Source: an uncultured Pelagibacteraceae bacterium (GTDB taxonomy: Bacteria; Pseudomonadota; Alphaproteobacteria; Pelagibacterales; Pelagibacteraceae). Taken from it: DNA of 64,000 bases. The notes beneath the pieces are model-generated. The model made no database searches. It was given only the letters and a program-made list of their open reading frames with translations, and was not told where the DNA came from. The DNA lies in assembly GCA_902595105.1 (NCBI GenBank), contig CACJPA010000001.1, positions 13,719-77,718 on the forward strand, written 5' to 3'. Positions 48,455-57,958 of the stretch are shown here, in pieces; within the stretch, counting starts at the first letter, position 1, and each line of letters begins with the position of its first letter. A program made the position numbers and the translations under genes.

Positions 48455-50154
48455 CAAAAACACGAAAAATTATCAGCGGCGGACAAGCTGCTGTTAAATC
48501 ATTAAAAAAAGAAAAAGTAAAACATGTGTTTGGACTTATTGGTTCAGCTACAATGGAAATGTTTGATGCTCTATATCATGAAAAAAGTATAAAATTTATT
48601 GGAGTTAGAGATGAAAGAACTGGCACCCATATGGCTGAAGGTTATGCTAGAGCCTCGAATAAACCTGGAGTAATTATTGCAGGACAAAACGGGCCTGGTG
48701 CAACCAACTTAGTAACAGGAGTAGCACAAGCAAAAGCTGCATTTTCTCCTGTAATAGCAATTGCAGGTTCCTATTCAACTAAAGACAAAATGGAAGATGC
48801 TTTTCAAGGTTTAGATCAACAGTCTTTGTTTGCACCTATTACAAAAAAAACTTGGACAGTAAAAAATTCAAAAATAATTCCAAAAATAATGAGTGATGCT
48901 TTTAATTTGGCAATGAAGCCTAGGAGAGGACCTGTTTGTTTGAATTTACCAAGAAATATATTAGCAGCTTCAAACTCCTACAATATTAATATTAAAAAAC
49001 CATCTTTTGAAAACGAGATTAAACAGAAAGGAAGTAAAGAAAATATTAAAAAGGCAGCTAAATTAATAGGATCATCAACCTGTTCAGTAATAATTGTTGG
49101 TGCAGGAATTAAGTATAATTCTAGTTTTAAAGAAGTAATAAAATTAGCTGAATTATGCAATATACCTATTGTTACTGCAGCAGGACATGGAGATGCAATT
49201 CCGTTTAATCATAAATTAAATGCTGGGCAAATGGGTCCTAGAGGAAATCCCGTAGCATCCAGATTGGTTAAAAATGCTGATGTAATTTTAGCAATTGGAA
49301 CGCGTTTAGGATTTAATTCAACATTTTACTCTTATGAAAATATTAATAAAAATGCAAAAATTATTCAAATTGAGCTAGAAAAAAAAATGCTAGGAAAATA
49401 TTTTCCAGCAAAATTAAAGATACACGCCGATGCTGCTACAGCAACTAAACAACTTTACGAAGAAATTAGAAAAGAGAAAATTAAATTAAATGTTAAAAAT
49501 TGGACCAACTCTTATTTAAAAGAGAGAAAAGAATATTTATTAAATAGAGATAAAGAAAATTTAGGTCCAAATTTTCCTATACAACCAAAAGGACTCTTCA
49601 AACAATTAAGAAAAGTAATACCAAAAAACTCAGCAATTACTCTAGATGCTGGAACGTTGTGTTTACAAGCAACAGATGCTTTAGAATACTATAATCCCCC
49701 TTCTCTATTTACACCTTTAGATTTTGGCCTAGTCGGTTTCTCATTTGCTTGTGGACTTGGAGTTAAAGTTGCAAAACCAAAAAAAACAGTTGTAAGTTTG
49801 ATGGGTGATGGTGGCTTTGGAATGACTATTTCTGAATTAAGTACAGCTGTTGAATATGGAATAAATACAACAACAATAGTAATGAATAATAAAAGTTGGG
49901 GGGCAGAGAAAGCTTATCAAAAAGATTTTTTTGGTAAAAGATATTTGGGTGCTGATATAACTAGTCCTTCTTTTGATAAAGTTGCTGAATTATATGGAGC
50001 AAAAGGATTTAAAGTTAAAAAAGTTTCTGAAATAAATGAAGCAGTTAAAGCTGCAATAAAAAGCAATAAACCTGCTGTGATAGATGTTGATGTAGATCCG
50101 AAAGCATTATACAGTTTTAGAAGAGATAGTTTTCAACATAGAATTAAAAAATGA
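48451..50154 (+). CDS. Thiamine-diphosphate enzyme, Xsc (sulfoacetaldehyde acetyltransferase)/AHAS-like
   Basis: FGLIGSA, RDE, QNGPG, GDGGF...NN ThDP motif, WGAEK. Confidence 0.82.
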   Translation: MTKTRKIISGGQAAVKSLKKEKVKHVFGLIGSATMEMFDALYHEKSIKFIGVRDERTGTHMAEGYARASNKPGVIIAGQNGPGATNLVTGVAQAKAAFSPVIAIAGSYSTKDKMEDAFQGLDQQSLFAPITKKTWTVKNSKIIPKIMSDAFNLAMKPRRGPVCLNLPRNILAASNSYNINIKKPSFENEIKQKGSKENIKKAAKLIGSSTCSVIIVGAGIKYNSSFKEVIKLAELCNIPIVTAAGHGDAIPFNHKLNAGQMGPRGNPVASRLVKNADVILAIGTRLGFNSTFYSYENINKNAKIIQIELEKKMLGKYFPAKLKIHADAATATKQLYEEIRKEKIKLNVKNWTNSYLKERKEYLLNRDKENLGPNFPIQPKGLFKQLRKVIPKNSAITLDAGTLCLQATDALEYYNPPSLFTPLDFGLVGFSFACGLGVKVAKPKKTVVSLMGDGGFGMTISELSTAVEYGINTTTIVMNNKSWGAEKAYQKDFFGKRYLGADITSPSFDKVAELYGAKGFKVKKVSEINEAVKAAIKSNKPAVIDVDVDPKALYSFRRDSFQHRIKK

Positions 50155-50738
50155 AATTAGAGCTAAGAAAATTTTCAAAATTTGTAGACAAAACTTTTAT
50201 TGAAGGAGGCAAAGAAGCAAAAGAACCTGTATTATTGGTATCTGTTGCTGCAGTTTTTAAAAATCCATGGCATGGTCAAGGATTTGTTGAGGACTTAAGA
50301 CCAACTATTTTAGATCTGGCTCCTAAGTTAGGTGATTTACTTGTTCCAGAATTAATAAAAGAAATAGGATCTCCTGAAAAAATATTAGCGTATGGTAAAG
50401 CAGGTGTAGTTGGATTGGATGGAGAAATAGAGCATGCATCAGCTTTTATTCACACTTTGAGATTTGGAAATAAATTTAGAGACGCTGTGGGAGGCACATC
50501 TTATTTAAGTTTTACAAATACAAGGGGACCAGCTGGATCAAAAATTTCTATTCCTATGATGCATAAAACTGACTCTGGTTTAAGACCTTATTATCTAACA
50601 CATGAATTTACTATACATGATGCACCATTTAATGATGAGGTGGTGATTGCGATAGGTGGAGCATCTAGTGGAAGAGCGCATGCTAGAACAGGTGATCGAT
50701 ATCAAGATATGAAAGAAATGGGAATTGAACCCAAATAA
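50151..50738 (+). CDS. AA_synth / DUF1185 family protein
   Basis: AAVFKNPW.G.GFVEDL, YGKAGVVG..GEIEHASA.IH, IPM.HK, DAP..DEVV. Confidence 0.85.
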   Translation: MKLELRKFSKFVDKTFIEGGKEAKEPVLLVSVAAVFKNPWHGQGFVEDLRPTILDLAPKLGDLLVPELIKEIGSPEKILAYGKAGVVGLDGEIEHASAFIHTLRFGNKFRDAVGGTSYLSFTNTRGPAGSKISIPMMHKTDSGLRPYYLTHEFTIHDAPFNDEVVIAIGGASSGRAHARTGDRYQDMKEMGIEPK

Positions 50739-50741
50739 ATC

Positions 50742-51527
50742 TTGATGACCACTGGAACTACTGCTTCTGGAACTTTTTACTCATACAAAAAAAAAGACCA
50801 AGAAATTCCAATTGTATTTGTTCATGGTGTAGGTTTAACCCATGAGATTTGGAAACCTCAGTTAGATTTCTTTAATAATTATAGTACTCTTGCATACGAT
50901 ATTCTTGGTCATGGAAAATCATCTTTAGATAAAGAAATAATTTCATTTGATGATTTTTCGGATCAACTAATTGATTTAATTAATCACCTTAATATAAAAA
51001 AAATTCATTTGGTTGGTTTTTCAATAGGTTCTTTAATTGCAAGGAATTTTGCTATCAATCACAGTTCACATTTACAATCGCTAACTCTTTTATGCTCAAT
51101 ATATAAAAGAACTGAAGAGCAAAAAAAAATTGTAAATCAAAGATTTGAGCAAGCAAAGAAAGATCTTAAATTGTCAAGGCAAGCTCTTAAAAGATGGTTT
51201 ACCGACGAGTATATTGAAAAGCATCCAAATATTTATGATAAAATTAGCTCTATTTTGGCGGCTAACAATATGGAGCATTTTCTGAAAGTTTATGAGCTAT
51301 TTGTAAAACATCAAAATGATGAAGATTTTAATAAAATTCAAAATCACACTTTAGTTATGACTGGAGAGCATGACATTGGCTCCACAGTTAAAATGTCTCA
51401 AGAATTAAATGCTTTAATACCAAAAAGCCAATTAAAGATCATCAAAGATGGAAAACATCTTTGTGGTATTGAGTGTGCTGATGATGTAAATTCAACTCTC
51501 AATAGTTTTATCAAAGATAATGAATAA
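50742..51527 (+). CDS. Alpha/beta hydrolase (TgnD-like)
   Basis: HGVG, YDILGHG, GFSIG nucleophile elbow, TGEHD, catalytic H. Confidence 0.85.
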   Translation: MMTTGTTASGTFYSYKKKDQEIPIVFVHGVGLTHEIWKPQLDFFNNYSTLAYDILGHGKSSLDKEIISFDDFSDQLIDLINHLNIKKIHLVGFSIGSLIARNFAINHSSHLQSLTLLCSIYKRTEEQKKIVNQRFEQAKKDLKLSRQALKRWFTDEYIEKHPNIYDKISSILAANNMEHFLKVYELFVKHQNDEDFNKIQNHTLVMTGEHDIGSTVKMSQELNALIPKSQLKIIKDGKHLCGIECADDVNSTLNSFIKDNE

Positions 51528-53001
51528 ACTTAAAAAATATCAAATGTATATTGATGGTCAGTGGGTTGATGCTGAAAACAACAAAACATTTGAAACTTTA
51601 AACCCAGAAAATAACGAACCTTGGGCAATTGTTCCTGAAGCAAGTGCAAAAGATACTGATAAAGCTGTTCAAGCCGCACAAAAAGCCTTTGAAGGTGAAT
51701 GGCCTAAATTACTGCCAAGAGAAAGAGCAAAATTTTTAAGAGCAATTGGAGATCAGTTAAGAGAAAATGCAGAAATGCTTGGAGAAATAGAAACAATAGA
51801 CACTGGAAAATTATTCAGAGAAACAAAAAAACAAGCGATATATATAGCAGAGTACTATGACTATTATGCAGGTTTAGCAGATAAAGTAGAAGGTACTGTA
51901 TTGCCAATTGATAAACCAAACGTTCAAGCAATAACTACTAGAATTCCTATTGGAGTTATAGCTGCAATAATACCTTGGAATTCGCAAATGTTTTTAACTG
52001 CAACAAAGTTGGCGCCAGCACTTGCAATGGGAAATACTGTTGTAATTAAATCATCAGAACTAGCACCTGCAGTTTTATTTGAATTTGCTAAATTAATTGA
52101 AAAAACTGGTATACCTAAAGGTGTGGTGAATGTAATTACAGGATTTGGAGATGCTTGCGGTAAAAGTTTAACTACTCATAAATTAGTTGAAAAAGTTGCT
52201 TTCACTGGTGGTCCTGAAACAGCGAGACATATAATTAGAAACTCAGCAGAAAATTTGTCTGAAGTAAGTTTAGAATTAGGTGGAAAAAGTCCTGTTGCAG
52301 TGTTTGATGATGCAGAACAAGAAAATGCCATTAATGGAATTACAGCAGGAATTTTTGGAGCAAGTGGTCAAAGTTGTATAGCTGGCTCACGACTTTATAT
52401 TCAAAAAGGGATCTATAATGAATTTTTAGATAAACTCTCTAAACGTGCATCAAAAATTAAAATAGGAGCACCAATGGATCCAGAGACAGAAATGGGTCCT
52501 TTAAGTAATTTTAAACAACTAGAGACTATAGAAAAAAACATTAAAGAAACTGTTGATCAAGGAGGAAAAATTAAATGCGGTGGTGAAAGACATTCTTTTT
52601 CAAATAAAGGTTATTATTTTCCACCGACTATAATTGAATGTGATAATCATAATTTACCTGTAGCTGAAAATGAATTATTTGGACCTGTGCTCTCGGTTAT
52701 GAAATTTGATACTGAAGAAGAAGTTATTTCAAAAATGAATGATAATCAGTATGGATTGTCTTCTGGGGTTTATACAAGTAATTTATCTAGGGGCATGAGA
52801 GTATCTAAGGCAATAAGAGCTGGAATAACTTTTGTGAATACTTATAGATTAATTTCACCATCAGCTCCTTTTGGTGGAATTAAAGATAGTGGATATGGAA
52901 AAGAAGCAGGAATTGACTCAATTAAAGACTATACAAGAGTAAAAACAACATGGTTCTATACATCTGACGAACCTTCTCTAGACCCTTTCTCAATCAGATA
53001 A
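51520..53001 (+). CDS. Aldehyde dehydrogenase (TgnC/DhaS-like)
   Basis: IIPWNSQ, FTGG, LELGGKSP, SGQSCIAGSR, ELFGPV. Confidence 0.92.
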   Translation: MNKLKKYQMYIDGQWVDAENNKTFETLNPENNEPWAIVPEASAKDTDKAVQAAQKAFEGEWPKLLPRERAKFLRAIGDQLRENAEMLGEIETIDTGKLFRETKKQAIYIAEYYDYYAGLADKVEGTVLPIDKPNVQAITTRIPIGVIAAIIPWNSQMFLTATKLAPALAMGNTVVIKSSELAPAVLFEFAKLIEKTGIPKGVVNVITGFGDACGKSLTTHKLVEKVAFTGGPETARHIIRNSAENLSEVSLELGGKSPVAVFDDAEQENAINGITAGIFGASGQSCIAGSRLYIQKGIYNEFLDKLSKRASKIKIGAPMDPETEMGPLSNFKQLETIEKNIKETVDQGGKIKCGGERHSFSNKGYYFPPTIIECDNHNLPVAENELFGPVLSVMKFDTEEEVISKMNDNQYGLSSGVYTSNLSRGMRVSKAIRAGITFVNTYRLISPSAPFGGIKDSGYGKEAGIDSIKDYTRVKTTWFYTSDEPSLDPFSIR

Positions 53002-53110
53002 TTATCAGCGTCAATTAGCTGTCTAAAATAGGATAATTTTGTCATTGAATATTGATTGTATTCATACTTAAATTAGCTTTTATAAATTGTTAACAATAAA
53101 GAGGAAGATA

Positions 53111-54301
53111 ATGAGAAAACTATTTATCGCTGCATTTATGTTTGTATCAAGTTTTGGTTCAAACGTTATGGCAGACGGACATTCGATCAAAATGGGAATC
53201 ATTTTAGGATTTACAGGTCCTATTGAATCTCTTACTCCAGCTATGGCTGCATCTGCAGAGCTTGCATTTAAAGAAGCTTCAGATTCAGGTTCATTACTTG
53301 GTGGAAAAAAAATTGAAGCAATGAGAGCAGACTCAACTTGTGTTGACTCAGCAGCAGCAACAGCTGCAGCTGAAGGATTAATATCAGGTGGTGTAGCTGC
53401 GATTATGGGAGCTGACTGTTCAGGTGTAACAGGTGCTATTGCAACAAATGTTGCTGTACCAAATGGTGTAGTAATGATTTCACCTTCAGCAACTTCTCCA
53501 GGATTAACAACTCTAGATGATAATGGATATTTCTTTAGAACTGCTCCATCAGATGCTAGAGGTGGTCAAATCTTAGCTGATATTACTAAAGACAGAAAAG
53601 TAAAAAGTGTTGCAATCACTTATACTAACAATGACTATGGAAAAGGTTTAGCTGACGTTTACAAAGCAGCAGTTGAAGCTCATGGTATTAAAGTTACAAC
53701 TGTAACTGCTCACGAAGATGGTAAAGCAGATTACTCATCAGAGGTAGCAACTCTTGCTTCTGCTGGTGGTGATGCTGTAGCAGTTATTGGTTATCTTGAC
53801 CAAGGAGGAAAAGGAATTATTCAAGCTTCTTTAGACTCTGGTGCATTTGATACGTTCGTTTTATCAGATGGTATGATTGGTCAATCTTTAGTTGATGCAT
53901 TTGGAAAAGATTTAAGTAAATCATTTGGATCATTGCCAGGTTCTACTGGTAAAGGTGCGGGTATATTTGCTGAAGTTGCAAAAGCTGGAGGTGTAGAAGC
54001 TTCTGGTCCTTATACAGGTGAATCTTATGATGCAGCTGCTTTAATCGTTCTTGCAATGCAAGCAGGTAATTCTGCCGACAGAGCATCAATTGCAAAAAAT
54101 GTAATGGATGTTGCTAACGCTCCTGGAACTAAAATTTATCCAGGTGAACTTAAGAAAGGTTTAGATTTACTAGCAAAAGGTAAAAAGATTAATTACGAAG
54201 GTGCTACTGGAGTAACTTTTACTAGTGTTGGTGAAGCAGAAGGTTCTTTCTTAGAACAAGAAGTTAAAGGTGGAAAATTCAAAACTAAAAAACAAAGATA
54301 A
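53111..54301 (+). CDS. livJ: Branched-chain amino acid-type ABC substrate-binding protein
   Basis: ATG at 53111 after GAGGA (track start 53087 is TTG); signal peptide, GADCSG, ISPSATSP, FFRTAPSD, YDAA. Confidence 0.88.
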   Translation: MRKLFIAAFMFVSSFGSNVMADGHSIKMGIILGFTGPIESLTPAMAASAELAFKEASDSGSLLGGKKIEAMRADSTCVDSAAATAAAEGLISGGVAAIMGADCSGVTGAIATNVAVPNGVVMISPSATSPGLTTLDDNGYFFRTAPSDARGGQILADITKDRKVKSVAITYTNNDYGKGLADVYKAAVEAHGIKVTTVTAHEDGKADYSSEVATLASAGGDAVAVIGYLDQGGKGIIQASLDSGAFDTFVLSDGMIGQSLVDAFGKDLSKSFGSLPGSTGKGAGIFAEVAKAGGVEASGPYTGESYDAAALIVLAMQAGNSADRASIAKNVMDVANAPGTKIYPGELKKGLDLLAKGKKINYEGATGVTFTSVGEAEGSFLEQEVKGGKFKTKKQR

Positions 54302-54317
54302 TTTTTTATCTTAATTC

Positions 54318-54355
54318 AAAAAACCCCAGTAATTTAATTGCTGGGGTTTTTTTTT
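54318..54355. terminator. Bidirectional intrinsic terminator between livJ and convergent MFS gene
   Basis: AAAAAACCCCAGTAAT-TTA-ATTGCTGGGGTTTTTT, A-run left and T-run right. Confidence 0.9.
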
Positions 54356-55503
54356 AGATCAGCTCTTATAGTAGATAGAGCTATGATAATTAGAAAAATC
54401 AAACATACTAAATTCATAGTTTTCCAGCTAGTTAAGCTTAGAAACACCCCGGCAGACAAACTCGCTGCTGCTTGTATAGTATAAACGATCAAATCATTAT
54501 ACCCTTGAGCTCTAAATTTTTCTTCTTCTCTGTAACACAAAACAAGTAAACTTGTTCCTGAAATGAATAAAAAATTCCACCCTAACCCCAGAAAAATAAG
54601 AGCAATCAAATAATTAATAAAGTTTTGTTCAAATAAACTAGTAATAATTGTGACTAAAAACAATAAAACTCCCATATACATAATTTTACTATGACCAAAC
54701 CTTTTAATTAAATTTCCAGTAACTAGAGAAGGTAAAAACATTGCTGCTATATGAAGCTGAATGACTAATCCAGTCTTGGACAAACTTATTTTCTCCATCA
54801 AATGCATACTTATAGGTGTGGCTGTCATTAAAAAAGTCATAACAGCATAGGCAAAAGCTGACGCTACAAGTGCCTGTAGAAATCTTGGTTGTGACATAAG
54901 TTCGAAAAAACTTCTTCCAGTTTTATATTGATTGTTTGATGTCTTTATAGGTTCCTGAAAAAAAAATAAAAATATTGTTGATGAAATAGATAATGCTGCA
55001 AGAGCAAAATAAGAACCTGCATACATATGATTTGAGATAAGTCCTTTAGAAATATTTGCAACGTTTGGACCAATAAATGCTGAACCTATTCCCGCTAACA
55101 AAATAATAGAAATTGCTTTTGGTGCATAGTCCTTATCCACAACCTCGACTGCTGCAAAACGATATTGATGACTAAAAGCTATTCCTCCACCAATTAAAAA
55201 ACATCCTAAATTATATAAGACAAAGCTTTCTACTATTATAGAGTATGCAGTTAAAAGAGATGCAAAACATGTACCTATTGATGCATAAATAAATCCTAAT
55301 TTTCGTCCAATTATACTCATTAACTTTGCAGCAAAAAAAGCAAATAATGCAATTCCTACTACTGACAAAGCCATTGGAAGAGTTGCTAAAGATTTTATTG
55401 GACTAAATTTTGAACCAATTATACCACTTAAAAAAACGGTGACTGGGGCAGCTGTAAAAGCAAAAATCTGGCTTAATATAAGTAACGAAAGATTTTTATT
55501 CAT
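54334..55503 (-). CDS. MFS transporter
   Basis: About 12 TM; GRKLGF, YRFAA.E, MTATP, GLGWNFLFI. Confidence 0.9.
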   Translation of the reverse strand: MNKNLSLLILSQIFAFTAAPVTVFLSGIIGSKFSPIKSLATLPMALSVVGIALFAFFAAKLMSIIGRKLGFIYASIGTCFASLLTAYSIIVESFVLYNLGCFLIGGGIAFSHQYRFAAVEVVDKDYAPKAISIILLAGIGSAFIGPNVANISKGLISNHMYAGSYFALAALSISSTIFLFFFQEPIKTSNNQYKTGRSFFELMSQPRFLQALVASAFAYAVMTFLMTATPISMHLMEKISLSKTGLVIQLHIAAMFLPSLVTGNLIKRFGHSKIMYMGVLLFLVTIITSLFEQNFINYLIALIFLGLGWNFLFISGTSLLVLCYREEEKFRAQGYNDLIVYTIQAAASLSAGVFLSLTSWKTMNLVCLIFLIIIALSTIRADLKKNPSN

Positions 55504-55574
55504 TAAAAGAATAAATACTTATCAGCCATATACAAAGCCCAAGCAACAGCAGCACCTAATATAATATATTTCAT
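55503..55574 (-). CDS. Unannotated 23-aa hydrophobic small protein
   Basis: ATG..TAA reads MKYIILGAAVAWALYMADKYLFF; fills the gap between livM and MFS; TAATG overlap with MFS start. Confidence 0.6.
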   Translation of the reverse strand: MKYIILGAAVAWALYMADKYLFF

Positions 55575-55579
55575 TACGT

Positions 55580-56950
55580 TTACTTTATTTCTATTTTTTC
55601 AGGAAGTATACCTTTGGGTCTATACCTCATTATAAACAACAATCCTAATCCCATCAGTAAAAATCTGAAATAAGGAACGCTTTCAATTAAATGAGCTTTA
55701 AGTGCATTTGTTTCAGGAATTCCAGCAGTGAAAAAGTTTATTAAGAATAATGATATTGGTGCCGCTTCAATCCATAAAAACCAAACAACAAATCCTCCTA
55801 AAATTGCTCCAAAATTATTTCCACTTCCTCCAACAATTACCATCACCCAGATCAAAAAAGTATATCTCATAGGTCTATAACTTCCTGGTGTAAATAATCC
55901 ATCCTGAGTAACCAACATTGCTCCTGCAATACCAACAATTGCTGATCCTAAAATAAAAATTAATAAATGTTGTTTAACAACATTTTTACCCATAGCATTT
56001 GCTGCCTCTTCATTATCTCTTATTGCTCTCATCATTCTTCCCCAAGGAGAATAAAGAGCTTTTTGAGTTAAAATTAAAAGAATAATTACTACTACTAAGA
56101 ATAATCCTGAATAACACAGTTTTACAAATACTGATGAACCTTCAATAACAAGTTGGTTTAAAGCAGCTTGACGATCAGCTAAATTTTCAATTACACTTAA
56201 TTTTCCTGAATTAAACTTTTCAACTAATTTAATAAACCAATCAGTAGTTTGAAGATCTACTTCATAAGGTGCAGGTCTTTTTAGTCCAATAACGTTTTTG
56301 ACCCCTCTTGTGAGCCAATCTTCGTGTTTAATAATCGCAATAACAATTTCGGAGATAAGAAGAGTAGCAATAGCTAAATAGTCTGCTCTAAGACCAAGCG
56401 CAACTTTTCCAACTATAAAAGCTAAACCACCAGCAAAAAGAGCACCTACTATCCAAGAAAATACAATTGGTAATCCAAATCCTCCTAGGAAACCAGTTTT
56501 AGCAGGATCAACTGCTTCAATAGCTTCTATACCTGGTTCTGCAGAGAATCTAATAAGTAAAATACCTGAAATTATAATTGCAGCTATGCTGTATGTTCTA
56601 ATTTTTGATTTTTCAAATCTTTTTAAGATGAACCTTATAACTAATACCATTACTACTATGAGCCATAAAGCCATTAAAATATCAAAACCTCCTGCCCTCC
56701 AGGCTTCTTGAACCGGATCGACAGATATCAATACTGCAGCTAAACCACCTAAAGCTGTATAACCCATAATTCCAAAATTAATTAAACCAGCATAACCCCA
56801 TTGAATATTTGCACCCATGGTCATGACTGCTGAAATTAAGCAAAGATTAAATATTGATAATGCAATATTCCATGATTGAAAAATTCCAACTAATAGAATT
56901 AAAACCATCATGATACTGTATGCTGCAATGACGTTTAAATTTTTTCTCAC
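55580..56950 (-). CDS. livM: Branched-chain amino acid ABC permease
   Basis: QWGYAGLINFG, LRADYLAIATL, GRMMRAIRDNE, VIVGGSGNN. Confidence 0.9.
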   Translation of the reverse strand: MRKNLNVIAAYSIMMVLILLVGIFQSWNIALSIFNLCLISAVMTMGANIQWGYAGLINFGIMGYTALGGLAAVLISVDPVQEAWRAGGFDILMALWLIVVMVLVIRFILKRFEKSKIRTYSIAAIIISGILLIRFSAEPGIEAIEAVDPAKTGFLGGFGLPIVFSWIVGALFAGGLAFIVGKVALGLRADYLAIATLLISEIVIAIIKHEDWLTRGVKNVIGLKRPAPYEVDLQTTDWFIKLVEKFNSGKLSVIENLADRQAALNQLVIEGSSVFVKLCYSGLFLVVVIILLILTQKALYSPWGRMMRAIRDNEEAANAMGKNVVKQHLLIFILGSAIVGIAGAMLVTQDGLFTPGSYRPMRYTFLIWVMVIVGGSGNNFGAILGGFVVWFLWIEAAPISLFLINFFTAGIPETNALKAHLIESVPYFRFLLMGLGLLFIMRYRPKGILPEKIEIK

Positions 56951-57957
56951 AATACTTTTCCTTTAAATATTCCTGAAGGTCTATAAAGCAAAACAATCAC
57001 CAAGATTGAAAATGAAACTGCAAATTTATAATCTGTCGAAAGTAATTGAACTAAACCTTCTGGCTCCATACTTTCTGGTAAAACATATATAAAAAATTTC
57101 TTATATGCGTATGTTAATAAAATTTCAGAAAAAGCAATCACATAACCACCCAAAAATGCGCCAAAAGGATTACCAATTCCACCTACAATTGCTGCAGCAA
57201 AAATTGGAAGCATGTTATTAAAATAAGTGAAAGGTTTAAAACTTTTATCTAAACCGTACAAAGCGCCACCAATAGTTGCTAAAATTCCAGCAATTACCCA
57301 TGTAACTAAAACTATTTTTTTTGGATCAATTCCTGATAATAAAGCAAGATCTTCATTGTCAGAATAAGCTTTCATGCTTTTTCCAGTTTTTGTTCTATTT
57401 AAAAACCAAAACAATAAAGAAACTAAAACTATTGTTACAAAAATAGTTATTACTTGAGTTGATTTTAATGCAAGCCCCTCATTTAAACCCGTCATCTCTT
57501 TAAATTCTCTTGCTTTAATAATAAATTTTTCTCCATCAAAAAATCTTCTATCAGCAGGTCCAATTATTATTCTTACTACAGCTTGAGTTACAAACATTAC
57601 ACCTATACTTACCATTGCAAATTGAACTGGGGGGCTTTTCTGATGTCTATAATATTTGAAGACAAATTTATCTATCAGAAGCATGTAAAGAATCATAAAA
57701 ATTATTCCAAATGGGATAGCTAATAAAGCAGTTGGTAAAACACCTAAAGAGACTCCTAATGATTGAAAATACCATGTAAATAAAATCGTTGCCATGGTTC
57801 CAAAAGACATCATGTCACCAGTTGCAAAGTTTGCAAATCGTAAAATTCCATAGATCAGTGTTACAAATATTGCACCCAGTGCTAACTGAGAACCATAAGT
57901 TAATGCAGGAATGAAAATATAATTTAATAAAAGAATTATTGCATTTACAAAATCCAT
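56947..57957 (-). CDS. livH: Branched-chain amino acid ABC permease
   Basis: LIYGILRFANFA.G, TKTGKSMKA, AAIVGGIG, RPSG. Confidence 0.9.
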   Translation of the reverse strand: MDFVNAIILLLNYIFIPALTYGSQLALGAIFVTLIYGILRFANFATGDMMSFGTMATILFTWYFQSLGVSLGVLPTALLAIPFGIIFMILYMLLIDKFVFKYYRHQKSPPVQFAMVSIGVMFVTQAVVRIIIGPADRRFFDGEKFIIKAREFKEMTGLNEGLALKSTQVITIFVTIVLVSLLFWFLNRTKTGKSMKAYSDNEDLALLSGIDPKKIVLVTWVIAGILATIGGALYGLDKSFKPFTYFNNMLPIFAAAIVGGIGNPFGAFLGGYVIAFSEILLTYAYKKFFIYVLPESMEPEGLVQLLSTDYKFAVSFSILVIVLLYRPSGIFKGKVL

Positions 57958-57958
57958 A

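Noticed and set aside
44985-50154. Very Lys-rich proteins and poly-A runs as a sign of phase variation or foreign origin
   Set aside because: Reading frames are intact and the same bias appears in other genes such as proC; explained by AT pressure
24817-53001. Mobile element or prophage explanation for the accessory block
   Set aside because: No integrase, transposase, tRNA, phage structural gene or flanking direct repeat seen; base composition looks similar to the flanks
53086-53097. Palindrome ATTGTTAACAAT upstream of livJ
   Set aside because: Only 12 bp, AT-rich, no second copy noticed and no cognate regulator nearby
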